64,000 nucleotides of DNA from Snowella sp. (GCA_035285545.1 JAYKGY010000070.1:59496-123495), one strand, 5' to 3'; shown: positions 41,683-52,912, counted from the stretch's first letter. Translations and numbers: made by a program. Notes: generated by a model from the letters alone, not told the origin.

Positions 41683-42747
41683 TTAACGCACGGTTTCTCG
41701 AATCGCTTCTGCATCAATGGGTTTAATGAAAAATAATTTAACTAAATGCCCGAAAATTGAGAGCTTGTGGGGTAATTTACGGAGGGATTTGATCCAAGCA
41801 GGTTGATTGCTTTTGTCGATTTCAGCCATTTTTGAATTATTGTCGCAACAACGCTGTAAACGGGGATAAAAATCAGGATGTTCCGTATCCAGAATCGTCG
41901 GGAAGGCACGAGCCGCAGTGTCGTTGGTTTGACGGATCACTTCTTGATCGAATTCGGTGGCATCAATTCCGAGAGAATCGTAAAAACTCTTGCGTTCATG
42001 CACCGTTAAGCTGTGGGTTGCAAAGACACTGAGCAGGAAAAAACGACTCCATAGACGGGATTGCCAAGTTCCCCAAAGGCTAGTCTGCGATCGCAACAGG
42101 GCTTTAAAAATATCGCCATGACGGTTTTCATCTTGACACCAGCTTTCAAAGTAATTGAATAGGGGATAAAACTTATGTTCAGGGTGCTTTTCTAAATGAC
42201 GGAAAATAATGATATAACGCCAATAACCGATTTTCTCGGATAAATAAACGGTATAAATAACCCATTCTAAGGGAAAAAAAGTATAATTACGGTTTTTTGT
42301 TAATTTTCCTAGATCTAAGGAAATATTAAAATCCGCCATTGCCTTATTCAAGAAACCTGCATGACGCGCCTCATCTCGTGCCATTAAATGAAAAATCTCT
42401 GACAAAATTGGACTACGGACTTTAAGTTTACGAGAAAGTTCTTTAAATAGAAGAAATCCTGAAAATTCGGAAACACAAGACCGTTCTAAGTAATCGATAA
42501 ATCCTTTACGAGCCGTTTCATCCAAATTATCCCAAGCTTGATTAAAACTCTCATCCCGCGTGAAGTGATGGCGATTGTAGTCATTACGCATTTCGGTGAG
42601 CATGGCTTGAAGCTCTTCTTCCTGAGACGATAAATCGAGCTTGGCGGCGGTTTCAAAATCGGTGGTATAAAAGCGTGGCGTTAAGATTGTTTCCTGAATA
42701 GCGGTTTTCGTCTGTGCGGCGGCGGGACTGGGTAAGGTGCTGACCAT
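41683..42747 (-). CDS. acsF: Mg-protoporphyrin IX monomethyl ester oxidative cyclase, low-oxygen paralogue
   Basis: ETILTPRFYTTDF, DYNRHHF, EFSGFLL, ARDEARHAG, WCQDENRHGD; next to ho2-hemN. Confidence 0.93.
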   Translation of the reverse strand: MVSTLPSPAAAQTKTAIQETILTPRFYTTDFETAAKLDLSSQEEELQAMLTEMRNDYNRHHFTRDESFNQAWDNLDETARKGFIDYLERSCVSEFSGFLLFKELSRKLKVRSPILSEIFHLMARDEARHAGFLNKAMADFNISLDLGKLTKNRNYTFFPLEWVIYTVYLSEKIGYWRYIIIFRHLEKHPEHKFYPLFNYFESWCQDENRHGDIFKALLRSQTSLWGTWQSRLWSRFFLLSVFATHSLTVHERKSFYDSLGIDATEFDQEVIRQTNDTAARAFPTILDTEHPDFYPRLQRCCDNNSKMAEIDKSNQPAWIKSLRKLPHKLSIFGHLVKLFFIKPIDAEAIRETVR

Positions 42748-42930
42748 AAACTTACTAAGAATTTTCTTTTATAACTAAACAGCTATATGAGATTATAAAT
42801 AAAAAGCGGGCAAGAGCAAGCTTTGGTTTGTGACATTTTGTAACAAGGGAAATATTAAATCAAATACATTCCTATATAGTTATCAAAGTGTAAAGTGTAA
42901 TCAATAGGAAGCCGCAACGAGGGAACTCCC

Positions 42931-43680
42931 ATGAGCCATTTAGCGAGTCAACTGCGAGAAGGAACCAAAGCCTCCCACACGATGGCAGAAAACACCGCCT
43001 TTATGAAATGTTTTCTCAAAGGTGTGGTTGAAAAAGACCCATTCCGTCAATTATTAGCTAATCTTTACTTTGTTTATGGCACGTTAGAAGCGGAATTGAT
43101 GGTTTTAAAAGATCATTCTATTTTGGGCGGAATTTATTTTCCTGAACTCAATCGCCAAGCCAATTTAGCCAAAGATTTAGCGTTTTATTACGGAGACAAT
43201 TGGTTACAAGAGATCGCGCCCTCTCCCGCAGGTATTCGCTATGTGGATCGTTTAGGAGAAATTGCCGATACGCAACCCGAATTATTAATTGCCCATGCTT
43301 ATACTCGTTATTTAGGCGATCTGTCAGGGGGTCAGGCTCTCCGTAATATTGTTCGGTCTGCCTTGAGTTTACCCGAAGGTCAAGGAACCGCTTTTTATGA
43401 ATTCGACCAAATTCCCAGCATTGAAGCCAAACGAGCCTTTAAAGAAAAATATCGTCAAGCTCTCGATTCTGTTCCTGTCAATGAAGCAACGATAGAACAG
43501 ATTGTCGCTGAAGCAAATTTAGCCTTTGCCCTCAACCGTGATGTCATGCACGAATTAGAAGCATCCCTAAAAGAATCTCTGGGTGAGCATTTGTTCGATC
43601 TCCTCACTCGCCAAGATAAATCGGGCAGTACGGAACGAGGAGCAAGCGCGATCGCGGCTGATTTAGTCACAGCTTCCTAG
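42931..43680 (+). CDS. ho2: Heme oxygenase 2
   Basis: HTMAENTAFMKCFLKG, YTRYLGDLSGGQAL; upstream of hemN. Confidence 0.9.
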   Translation: MSHLASQLREGTKASHTMAENTAFMKCFLKGVVEKDPFRQLLANLYFVYGTLEAELMVLKDHSILGGIYFPELNRQANLAKDLAFYYGDNWLQEIAPSPAGIRYVDRLGEIADTQPELLIAHAYTRYLGDLSGGQALRNIVRSALSLPEGQGTAFYEFDQIPSIEAKRAFKEKYRQALDSVPVNEATIEQIVAEANLAFALNRDVMHELEASLKESLGEHLFDLLTRQDKSGSTERGASAIAADLVTAS

Positions 43681-43706
43681 AACATTGAATTCATTACTTC
43701 CTAATT

Positions 43707-43749
43707 TCCCCTCTAACTTTAATTAAGAGGCTAGGGGGATTTTTGAAAA
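43707..43749 (+). repeat. Degenerate dispersed palindromic repeat between ho2 and hemN
   Basis: CCTCT...AGAGG stem then CTAGGGGGATTTTTGAAA, a tail shared with 6414-6429. Confidence 0.55.
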
Positions 43750-43789
43750 ACTCATTAAAACTCATTAATAAAAAGGATTTTCTCGCAAA

Positions 43790-45187
43790 ATGCAGAACGT
43801 TTTATCCACTGTTCAATTTGATGCCCAGTTATTACAAAAATACAATCAACCTCTGCCCCGTTATACCAGTTATCCCCCTGCAACGGAGTTAACAACTGAA
43901 TTTGATGCAGTCGATTTTCGAGCCGCGATCGCCGTTGGTAACTATAAGAAAACCCCATTATCGCTCTATTGCCATATTCCGTTTTGTGATATTCCCTGTT
44001 ATTTCTGCGGTTGTAATACGGTGATTACCCAACGTCGGGAAATGGCTGTGCCTTATTTAGACTATTTGATCCGTCATATTGAGCAAATGGCAGGATTAAT
44101 CAGCAAAGAACGCTTAGTTCAGCAAATGCACTGGGGCGGTGGTACTCCTAATTACTTATCCCTTAAACAAGTTGAAACCCTCTGGAATGCATTGAACCAG
44201 CATTTCCGCTTTGATCCCAATGCCGAAATTTCTATTGAAGTGAATCCTCGCACCTTAGACCGCGATTATGTTTTATTTTTGCGAAAAATTGGCTTTAAAC
44301 GCATCAGTTTTGGTATTCAAGACTTTAATCCTGAAGTTCAGAAATCTATTAATCGCATTCAATCCGAAGAGCTTTTATTTAATGTCATGGATTGGATACG
44401 GGAAGCGGGATTTGAGAGTGTGAATGTGGATCTCATTTACGGTTTACCGTTCCAAACATTGGAAACGTACCGCGATACGGTAGCTAAAACCATTAAATTA
44501 AACCCTGATCGCATTGCCGTCTTTAATTTTGCTTACGTGCCTTGGTTAAAGCCTTTACAACGTCGTTTACCCCAAGAAGCTTTGCCCGAAGCCAACGAGA
44601 AACTCGATATTCTCCAAATGACCATTGAGGAATTGACCCGTAATCATTATCAATTTATCGGCATGGATCACTTTGCCAAACCCGATGATGAATTGGCGAT
44701 CGCGCAACGGGAAGGTAAACTCCACCGCAACTTCCAAGGTTACACCACCCAACCTGAATCGGATTTAATTGGTTTTGGGATTACGTCTATCAGTATGCTC
44801 AATGATGTTTATGTGCAGAATCATAAAAAACTGAAAGAGTTTTATAACGCCATTGACACCAATACTTTACCCATTGATAAAGGCGTAAATCTCAATCAAG
44901 ATGACATTATTCGCCGCACGGTCATCATGGAATTAATGTGTCAATTTGAACTCTCTAAAGAAGCATTAGTTGAAAAATATCATCTCAGCTTTGATCAAGA
45001 TTTTGATGAATATTTCTGTAATGAACAATCGCCCCTAAAAAGCTTAGAAGCCGACGGGTTAATTATTCACACACCCAACCATATCGAAGTGACTCCCGCA
45101 GGTCGGTTATTAATCCGCAATATTGCCTCCGTTTTTGATGCCTACTTGCAAAAGAAAATTACCGCTAATTTTTCCCGCTCAATTTGA
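43790..45187 (+). CDS. hemN: Oxygen-independent coproporphyrinogen III oxidase
   Basis: PRYTSYP, HIPFC...CYFCGC radical SAM motif, HWGGGTP, RNFQGYT. Confidence 0.96.
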   Translation: MQNVLSTVQFDAQLLQKYNQPLPRYTSYPPATELTTEFDAVDFRAAIAVGNYKKTPLSLYCHIPFCDIPCYFCGCNTVITQRREMAVPYLDYLIRHIEQMAGLISKERLVQQMHWGGGTPNYLSLKQVETLWNALNQHFRFDPNAEISIEVNPRTLDRDYVLFLRKIGFKRISFGIQDFNPEVQKSINRIQSEELLFNVMDWIREAGFESVNVDLIYGLPFQTLETYRDTVAKTIKLNPDRIAVFNFAYVPWLKPLQRRLPQEALPEANEKLDILQMTIEELTRNHYQFIGMDHFAKPDDELAIAQREGKLHRNFQGYTTQPESDLIGFGITSISMLNDVYVQNHKKLKEFYNAIDTNTLPIDKGVNLNQDDIIRRTVIMELMCQFELSKEALVEKYHLSFDQDFDEYFCNEQSPLKSLEADGLIIHTPNHIEVTPAGRLLIRNIASVFDAYLQKKITANFSRSI

Positions 45188-45258
45188 TTTTTTAGGCGAT
45201 CGCAATTCGCCGATACAGGATGTTGATGATTGACAAATGATGTTTAACATCTGAAATC

Positions 45259-45304
45259 AACTATTAACTATTCACTATTCATTATTAACTATTAACTATT
45301 CACT
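45259..45304 (+). repeat. Heptamer tandem repeat (MACTATT)x6, STRR-like
   Basis: AACTATT/CACTATT units ending 2 nt before the desaturase ATG. Confidence 0.85.
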
Positions 45305-45306
45305 TT

Positions 45307-46152
45307 ATGACCTCTAGCAATTCACCAACATTACCCAAACAAGACCCTCCACTCGATTGGGTTGCCGTCATCTTTTTTGGAACAATTCATCTTTTAGCGT
45401 TAGGCGGGTTCTGGTTTTTCTCCTGGTCAGCGTTGGGTGTAATGCTGTTTTTACATTGGCTATTCGGCAGTATCGGCATTTGTTTGGGCTATCACCGTTT
45501 ATTGAGCCATCGTAGTTTTCAGGTTCCGAAATTTTTGGAGTACGCGATCGCGATCATTGGAGCCGCCGCCCTACAAGGTGGGCCAATCTTTTGGGTTGCA
45601 GGACATCGATTACATCATGCCCATACAGAAGATCTGGATAAAGATCCCTATTCAGCCAGCCGAGGATTTTGGTGGAGCCACATGCTTTGGTTGTTTTATC
45701 CCCATGCCGAATTTTTTGACTATGACCAATATCAACGCTTTGCCCCAGACTTAGCGCGTGATCCCTTTTATCGTTGGTTAAATCGTTATTTTTTACTGCT
45801 GCAAATTCCCCTCGCCCTTTTGCTCTACGTTTTAGGGGGTTGGCCCTTTATTTTCTGGGGAATGTTTGTTCGTGCAGTTTTACTGTGGCATAGCACTTGG
45901 TTTATTAATTCTGTCACCCATGTTTGGGGCTATCGTACCTTTGAGATTGAAGACGGTTCCCGCAATCTTTGGTGGGCAGCGATTCTAACCTATGGTGAAG
46001 GCTGGCACAATAACCATCATGCCTATCCCCACGTAGCCAAAGCGGGTTGGCGTTGGTGGGAAATCGATGTGACCTGGTGGGTTATTTGGGCATTAAAAAC
46101 CTTGGGATTAGCGCAAAAAGTCGTCATGCCGCCAACGGTTAAAGCAACATAA
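45307..46152 (+). CDS. Delta-9-type acyl-lipid desaturase (DesC/DesF-like)
   Basis: His boxes HRLLSH, HRLHH, HNNHH; GEGWH. Confidence 0.9.
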   Translation: MTSSNSPTLPKQDPPLDWVAVIFFGTIHLLALGGFWFFSWSALGVMLFLHWLFGSIGICLGYHRLLSHRSFQVPKFLEYAIAIIGAAALQGGPIFWVAGHRLHHAHTEDLDKDPYSASRGFWWSHMLWLFYPHAEFFDYDQYQRFAPDLARDPFYRWLNRYFLLLQIPLALLLYVLGGWPFIFWGMFVRAVLLWHSTWFINSVTHVWGYRTFEIEDGSRNLWWAAILTYGEGWHNNHHAYPHVAKAGWRWWEIDVTWWVIWALKTLGLAQKVVMPPTVKAT

Positions 46153-46322
46153 GTTTTGGATTTGGTTTAAGTGTCAAGAGGGAACAGCCAGTTACAATGC
46201 AGGGGAAATTGGTCGCTTTACCACCCGGGCACCTAGAATAAAGACTTTCTTAAGATAATGTTGTATCGAGTAGGATAATGGAAGATTAAATGGTATGAGA
46301 TTCAGGAAAGTTGTCTTGATTT

Positions 46323-47057
46323 TTGATGTTTTTGAAATTTATTATGTTAGATTTCCTACAATCTACGATAGGTGGTTTTGCGTCTTTATTTCCTGTTGCC
46401 GATCCCTTGGGAGCCGTTCCCCTATTTATTGTTTTATCGGCTAATGCTAGCCCTGAACTTCGCCAACAATTTGCCAGTAAAATTGGACTTTATACAATTT
46501 TCGTGTTGGTTATTTTTCTATTTATTGGCGGGAGTATTTTAAACTTTTTTGGGATTTCTATTGCGGTTGTCAAAATTGCAGGGGGAACGGTGATCTTTGA
46601 AGCTGGATGGCAGGCATTAAAAGAAGGAACCCATATTTCAGAAGATGATAAAGATATTGCGATTTCAGAAGTCAAAGACCATGCCAATATTGCCTTTATT
46701 CCCATGACGATTCCCCTCATTGCAGGGCCAGGCGCGATCGCTGTTACCCTCAGTTTAGCGGCCCAGGCAGGACAGGATTGGACAATGGAAACGGGATTAA
46801 ATTACGGTGCAGCCATTACCGCGATCGCGATGATTGGGTTTATCAGTTATCTGTGTTTACGGTTATCGAGTTGGTTTCTAGACGTGTTTGGTGAAACAGG
46901 CATCACAGCCATTAGCCGTCTTTTGGGTTTATTTATCTTAGCCGTTGGGGTTCAATTAATTTTAAACGGCTTTACCGATTGGATTACGGATTTTGATGGA
47001 AAAGAGCAATCTGCGTTAAATTTTTGGTTATCGTTTTTAGATAATCGTTCAGCATAA
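46323..47057 (+). CDS. MarC family membrane protein
   Basis: DPLGAVP, PMTIPLIAGPGAI, SRLLGL; the true start may be ATG 46344. Confidence 0.88.
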   Translation: MMFLKFIMLDFLQSTIGGFASLFPVADPLGAVPLFIVLSANASPELRQQFASKIGLYTIFVLVIFLFIGGSILNFFGISIAVVKIAGGTVIFEAGWQALKEGTHISEDDKDIAISEVKDHANIAFIPMTIPLIAGPGAIAVTLSLAAQAGQDWTMETGLNYGAAITAIAMIGFISYLCLRLSSWFLDVFGETGITAISRLLGLFILAVGVQLILNGFTDWITDFDGKEQSALNFWLSFLDNRSA

Positions 47058-47063
47058 TAAAAC

Positions 47064-48005
47064 TTAAGCAAATAAATTCGCAAATTCAGAGGTTAAATCC
47101 CGTTCCATTAAATTTTTAACCGCATCTTTGGCTGTAATTTTATCGTTGAGTAAGGCATAAACCTGTTGGGCAATGGGGACAGAAATATGATTTATTTCAG
47201 CTAATTTTACAAGAACTTCAGTCGTATTAACCCCTTCAGGATAACCTTCACTTTCTGCGAGGATTTTATCTAAATTTTGCCCATTCGCCAATTTATAACC
47301 GACTTGATAATTACGGGATAACGGACTACTACAGGTTGCTAATAAATCTCCTAATCCTGATAAGCCAAAAAAGGTTTCCGGTTGGGCACCTAATGCCATT
47401 CCAACACGAATCATTTCCGGTAAAGCTCTGGTTAATAAGGCCGATTTTGCATTGGTTCCTAAGCATAAACCATCACACACTCCCGCCGCGATCGCCATGA
47501 CATTTTTCAAGGTTCCTCCCAATTCTGTCCCCAGGGGATCATGGTTAATATAAACCCGAAAAGCATCAGAGGAAAAAATGGTTTGAATTCGCTCAACGGC
47601 CAAGCGATTTTTACTGGCAACTGCGGTGGCAGCCGGTAACCCCATGGCAATTTCTTTCGATAAATTTGGCCCTGAAAGAATGACTAACGGAAAATAGGGA
47701 AAGGCTTTTTTCCACAGTTGGGAAGGCGTTTGCATTGTGATAGGATCTAACCCTTTGGTTGCAGTTACTAAAATCGTTTTTTCGGGTAAATTTAAACTCT
47801 TCAACCTTTCAATAATTTCTGGTACTCCCCCCATTGAAACGGCTGATAAAACCACATCTGTATCTTGCAAACTTTCTACTAATGAAATCTGGCTACGACG
47901 TGACCATAAACGAACTAAATAATGATTGCGTTTTGCCAATTCTGCTAAAGCCGACCCCCACCGACCGGCTCCTAGAATAGTGACGATTTTAGGCATTTCT
48001 TCCAT
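47064..48005 (-). CDS. gpsA: NAD(P)H-dependent glycerol-3-phosphate dehydrogenase
   Basis: GAGRWG, ATKGL, SGPN, GGTLKNV, GLGDLLATC, SRN. Confidence 0.93.
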   Translation of the reverse strand: MEEMPKIVTILGAGRWGSALAELAKRNHYLVRLWSRRSQISLVESLQDTDVVLSAVSMGGVPEIIERLKSLNLPEKTILVTATKGLDPITMQTPSQLWKKAFPYFPLVILSGPNLSKEIAMGLPAATAVASKNRLAVERIQTIFSSDAFRVYINHDPLGTELGGTLKNVMAIAAGVCDGLCLGTNAKSALLTRALPEMIRVGMALGAQPETFFGLSGLGDLLATCSSPLSRNYQVGYKLANGQNLDKILAESEGYPEGVNTTEVLVKLAEINHISVPIAQQVYALLNDKITAKDAVKNLMERDLTSEFANLFA

Positions 48006-48111
48006 TGTGCGTTATGGTTAATCGTAAAGCTCAAAACTATTTTCCCATAAGCTGCTAGACTTAAGACTAGGAAAAATAAATTGTCAAAATACTCCGGATT
48101 GGTTCAAATTT

Positions 48112-48543
48112 ATGGCATTTCGTAATCCCACTCCTACGGTTGATATTATTATTGAAATGGTCAATGAACCGAAGCGTCCGATTATTTTAATTGAACGTAA
48201 AAATCCTCCCTATGGTTGGGCAATCCCCGGTGGATTTGTGGATTACGGAGAAACAGTCGAAACGGCAGCAATACGAGAAGCAAAAGAAGAAACGAGCTTA
48301 GATGTCGAATTAATTGAACAATTTTATGTGTATTCCGATCCGGCTCGTGATCCCCGTCAACATACCTTAAGTATCGTTTTTATCGCGATCGCGCAGGGAA
48401 CGCCCCATGCAGCAGATGATGCCAAAAAAGTGGGACTCTTTGAACTTTGGGAATTGCCGAAAGACCTGTGTTTTGACCATCGACAAATTTTGCAGGATTA
48501 TTTACGTTATCGGTATTATGGAATGCGTCCCCGCCACTTTTAA
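48112..48543 (+). CDS. NUDIX hydrolase
   Basis: [24 protein letters not shown]udix box; RDPR. Confidence 0.92.
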   Translation: MAFRNPTPTVDIIIEMVNEPKRPIILIERKNPPYGWAIPGGFVDYGETVETAAIREAKEETSLDVELIEQFYVYSDPARDPRQHTLSIVFIAIAQGTPHAADDAKKVGLFELWELPKDLCFDHRQILQDYLRYRYYGMRPRHF

Positions 48544-48813
48544 TCATTTTATTGTGAGAATTTTCGGTTAATTATTAATAACAATTTCATCATTTTAGTT
48601 ATTTACTAATAGGAAATTTTGCCCTAATGGATGGGGGCTTTTAAACTGAATATTAGATTTTTTAGATTTTTATAATTGATTAACACTCATTTTTGGATAA
48701 ACCCGTTAAGGTAGAAAGATAAACTCTAGTCTTAATCCTAGACTTTGGACTTTTCTTGATTTTCAATTAAAAAACTTTAAATTACCTCATCTCTACAGTT
48801 AAAAGCAAATATT

Positions 48814-49878
48814 ATGGTGACAACAAGCAGCTTTACAATTCCAGAACATACCCTAGATCGAGATTGCACCACCCTATCTCGCCATGTCCTTCAACAACTC
48901 CACAGTTTTGATGCAGAGGCTCAGGATCTCAGTGCCATTATGAATCGCATCGCCCTAGCGGGTAAGTTGATTGCCCGTCGTTTGAGTCGAGCAGGTTTAA
49001 TGGCGAATGTTTTAGGCTTTACAGGAGAAACCAATGTACAGGGCGAATCCGTTAAAAAGATGGATATTTACGCCAATGAGGTTTTTATTTCTGTTTTCAA
49101 GCAAAGTGGCTTAGTTTGTCGTCTAGCCTCGGAGGAAATGGAAAAGCCCTATTATATTCCTGAAAATTGCCCAATTGGCCGTTATACCCTGCTCTATGAT
49201 CCGATTGATGGTTCGTCTAATGTGGATATTAACCTCAACGTGGGGTCGATTTTTGCCATTCGTCAGCAATCGGGGGAGGACTTAACGGGAGAAGCCACAG
49301 ATTTATTAACCCAAAATGGACGGCAGCAACTTGCGGCGGGTTACATTCTTTATGGGCCATCGACGATGTTGGTTTATTCTTTGGGGCAAGGGGTACATTG
49401 TTTTGTTCTGGATCCCAGTTTAGGAGAATTTATTTTAGCCCAAGAAAATATTCAAATTCCTGACCATGGCCCGATTTATAGTACCAATGAGGGGAATTTT
49501 TGGCAGTGGGATGAAGCTTTGCGGGATTACACCCGTTATGTCCATCGCCATGAAGGTTATACCTCTCGTTACAGTGGAGCGTTAGTGGGAGATATTCACC
49601 GAATTTTAATGCAGGGCGGGGTTTTTCTTTATCCCGGAACGGTTAAGAAGCCTGAAGGGAAGTTACGATTGCTTTATGAAACAGCTCCTCTTGCCTATTT
49701 AGTTGAACAGGCAGGGGGACGAGCCAGCGATGGTCATAAAGCAATTTTGGATCTGACCGCAGAAAAATTGCACCAAAGAACCCCCTTAATTATTGGCAGT
49801 AAAGAAGATGTCAAATTAGTGGAGTCGTTTATTGCAGACCGCGATCGCCGAGAACAGGAAGGAGATAGTTATAGTTAG
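48814..49878 (+). CDS. fbp: Class 1 fructose-1,6-bisphosphatase
   Basis: [29 protein letters not shown]. Confidence 0.95.
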   Translation: MVTTSSFTIPEHTLDRDCTTLSRHVLQQLHSFDAEAQDLSAIMNRIALAGKLIARRLSRAGLMANVLGFTGETNVQGESVKKMDIYANEVFISVFKQSGLVCRLASEEMEKPYYIPENCPIGRYTLLYDPIDGSSNVDINLNVGSIFAIRQQSGEDLTGEATDLLTQNGRQQLAAGYILYGPSTMLVYSLGQGVHCFVLDPSLGEFILAQENIQIPDHGPIYSTNEGNFWQWDEALRDYTRYVHRHEGYTSRYSGALVGDIHRILMQGGVFLYPGTVKKPEGKLRLLYETAPLAYLVEQAGGRASDGHKAILDLTAEKLHQRTPLIIGSKEDVKLVESFIADRDRREQEGDSYS

Positions 49879-49926
49879 AGGTTTTTAAAGCCAGTAGAAG
49901 AAATATCTAAAATTCCACATTTTAAG

Positions 49927-50313
49927 ATGACTGAATCAACAACTTTGGCGATCGCGCATCAAGCCTTTGACGCTTGGAAAATCGGATTAGCAACAGGGCA
50001 ATGGGATCAATTTCTCGCCATGCTAACGGAAGATTTTACCCTTTCTTTTCCAGTGGGCAAATATCAAGGCGTTCATCAAGGCAAAGCGATCGCTGAAGAA
50101 TTTTTTAACTTTGTCTCACAGATTTACACCGAAGGACTGCAAGTTACCCTAAAAAGAACCCATTGTGTCGAAAATATCGTTATTTTTGAGCTAGAATCCG
50201 ATGGCACAATGTTTAATCAAACCTACCATAATCAAGCGGCTGTTTTCTTTGAGGTGAGAGATAATAAAATTTCGGGGTATCGAGAATATTTAGCGGTTTT
50301 CTATCGAATGTAG
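49927..50313 (+). CDS. NTF2/SnoaL-like protein
   Basis: ML.EDF, G...G, FEVRDNKI..YREY. Confidence 0.8.
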   Translation: MTESTTLAIAHQAFDAWKIGLATGQWDQFLAMLTEDFTLSFPVGKYQGVHQGKAIAEEFFNFVSQIYTEGLQVTLKRTHCVENIVIFELESDGTMFNQTYHNQAAVFFEVRDNKISGYREYLAVFYRM

Positions 50314-50734
50314 CAAGATTTTTTATGTCAGGCTTTGAGTGGCATTTTGAAAAATTTTCAAAAAATACTCATCCAGTAGTTATTGTCGTTATTTAAATGG
50401 GCAGTTAGTCAAAATGTATTTTATTTTCCTACGCGATTAATGTATGCCCCTTGTGCCTAAATCTTTCCTGATTGTTATGAGTAAATCAACTTAATTAAAA
50501 GAACAATAGGTTTTGCATCTAAGTCTAAGGACACAATAGTATTATGTCCCTTCATGAATTTTTTTGTTGGGATTTAACACTGTTCAATCCTTTTGACGTT
50601 TTATTTGATTGCCCTACTTATTAATAAAGTCTTAACCTAATAATAAATTACCAAGGTAAAACCAGACAGTAAAATAGGGAATCATCTCTCTCAAGTAACT
50701 AGTTGTAGTTCTTATCGCTCTCTATCCTAACTGT

Positions 50735-52912
50735 ATGACTACCTATACAAAAACGGACGTTACTAACCTAGATCTCAACAGTACGGAATACTATCTCAAT
50801 CGAGAACTTAGCTGGTTAGCCTTTAACTATCGAGTCTTACATGAAGGAATAGACGATCGCACCCCACTACTAGAACGGCTCAAGTTTGTAGCTATTTTCT
50901 GCTCCAATCTGGATGAGTACTTTATGGTTCGGGTAGCAGCCCTCAAACAACAGGTTGATGCGGAAGTAAGCAAGCTAACCATTGATGGACGCACACCGTC
51001 GGAGCAATTAGAAGCAATTAGTGAAAATTTACGCCCGCTGATTCAACAACAAACGGATTTATTTGAAAAGACCTTAAAGCATGAATTAGAAACCGAAGGC
51101 ATTTATTTAACGAATTATGTCGATTTAACCCAAGAACAACGGGCCTACCTTCATACCTATTTTGAAGAGCATATTTTTCCGGTTTTAACGCCCTTAGCGG
51201 TTGATCCGAGCCATCCTTTTCCTTACATTTCCAATCTCAGCCTCAATTTAGCCGTCGTGGTGCGCGACCCTGATACGGATGAGGAGCTTTTTGCCAGGGT
51301 CAAAGTGCCTCAGGTATTACCCCGCTTTGTGTCGTTACCCCAGGAATTATGTCAGCCGTTGAATGGAAAATCTTGGGTTTGGACAGGTGTGCCCTTAGAA
51401 CAGGTGATTGCCCATAATTTAGAAGCCCTGTTTACCGGCATGATTATCCAAGAATGTCATCCGTTTCGAGTAACCCGGAATGCGGATTTAGCCTTGGAGG
51501 AGGATGAAGCGGACGATCTGTTACTAGCCATTGAACAGGAAGTTCGTAAACGCCGTATCGGAAAATCTGCGGTTCGCTTAGAAATTCATGCCTCTACCCC
51601 CCACTCCATCCGCGATCGCCTACGGTCGGATCTAGAACTCGAAGAAATCGATGTTTATGAAATTGAAGGAATGTTGGGCTTAAAGGATCTGTTTTTTTTC
51701 CTTTCTTTGCCCTGCCCCAAACTGAAGGATAAACCCTGGCATCCCGTTATTCCCCATTTCCTCCATCGGGTACGGGAAATTGTCGATGGTAATGACGATG
51801 GAGAAATTCAGCAAGATGGCACCGATATTTTCACGCTCATTCGGGATGGAGATATTTTAGTCCATCATCCCTATCATTCCTTTGCTGCTTCTGTACAGCA
51901 ATTTATTACTCAAGCGGCTTATGATCCCGATGTGTTGGCGATAAAAATGACACTCTATCGGACTTCCGGCGATTCCCCCATTGTCAATGCCTTAATTGCA
52001 GCGGCGGAAAATGGCAAACAGGTGGCCGTTTTAGTGGAATTAAAAGCGCGTTTTGATGAAGAAAATAATATAAATTGGGCAAAAAAGTTAGAACAAGCAG
52101 GTGTTCACGTAGTTTATGGATTAGTCGGGCTAAAAACCCATACCAAAACCATTTTAGTCGTGCGTCAAGAGCACAAGAAAATTCGTCGTTATGTGCACAT
52201 TGGCACCGGAAACTATAATCCCAAAACCGCGACCCTCTATACGGATTTAGGATTATTCACCTGTCGGGAAGATTTAGGCCACGATTTAACCAATTTATTT
52301 AATTATTTAACGGGTTATTCTCGCCAAAAGAATTTCCGTAAGCTACTGGTTGCCCCCATTAATATGCGCGATCGCATGATCGAAATGATCCAACGGGAAG
52401 CGGAACATTGCCATCAGGGAAAAAATGGCCGCATTGTCGCCAAAATGAATGCTTTAGTGGATCCACCCATTATTCAGGCACTCTATGCCGCATCCCAAGC
52501 AGGCGTAAAAATTGACCTGATCGTGCGAGGAATTTGCTGTTTAAAACCAGGGGTTTTAGGCATTAGCGAAAATATCCGCGTGATTAGCATTGTGGGACGC
52601 TTTCTAGAACATTCTCGTATTTTCTATTTCCACAACAACGGGGAAGAAGAAATGTATATTGGCAGCGCAGATTGGATGACCCGTAACCTCAGCCGTCGCG
52701 TTGAAGCCGTTACGCCGATTGAATCCGAGTCAGCCTTTCTCGAATTACAGGAAATTTTGGGAGTCCATTTAGCCGATAATCGTCATGCCTGGGAGTTGCA
52801 ATCGGATGGACGTTATATTCAACGACAAGCCCATGATGGTCATTCCCAAAGTTCCCAGGCGATTTTGATGAATATGGCCTTAAAAGTGGATAAGGACGAA
52901 TATTATTCTTAA
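50735..52912 (+). CDS. ppk1: Polyphosphate kinase 1
   Basis: NRELSWLAFN, NLDEYFMVRV, HHPY, ELKARFDE, GTGNYN, GSADWM.RNL. Confidence 0.96.
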   Translation: MTTYTKTDVTNLDLNSTEYYLNRELSWLAFNYRVLHEGIDDRTPLLERLKFVAIFCSNLDEYFMVRVAALKQQVDAEVSKLTIDGRTPSEQLEAISENLRPLIQQQTDLFEKTLKHELETEGIYLTNYVDLTQEQRAYLHTYFEEHIFPVLTPLAVDPSHPFPYISNLSLNLAVVVRDPDTDEELFARVKVPQVLPRFVSLPQELCQPLNGKSWVWTGVPLEQVIAHNLEALFTGMIIQECHPFRVTRNADLALEEDEADDLLLAIEQEVRKRRIGKSAVRLEIHASTPHSIRDRLRSDLELEEIDVYEIEGMLGLKDLFFFLSLPCPKLKDKPWHPVIPHFLHRVREIVDGNDDGEIQQDGTDIFTLIRDGDILVHHPYHSFAASVQQFITQAAYDPDVLAIKMTLYRTSGDSPIVNALIAAAENGKQVAVLVELKARFDEENNINWAKKLEQAGVHVVYGLVGLKTHTKTILVVRQEHKKIRRYVHIGTGNYNPKTATLYTDLGLFTCREDLGHDLTNLFNYLTGYSRQKNFRKLLVAPINMRDRMIEMIQREAEHCHQGKNGRIVAKMNALVDPPIIQALYAASQAGVKIDLIVRGICCLKPGVLGISENIRVISIVGRFLEHSRIFYFHNNGEEEMYIGSADWMTRNLSRRVEAVTPIESESAFLELQEILGVHLADNRHAWELQSDGRYIQRQAHDGHSQSSQAILMNMALKVDKDEYYS

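Noticed and set aside
50620..50649. Pho box (SphR) upstream of ppk1
   Set aside because: Only one good CTTAACCT unit; the neighbouring units at 11-bp spacing are poor matches in AT-rich DNA
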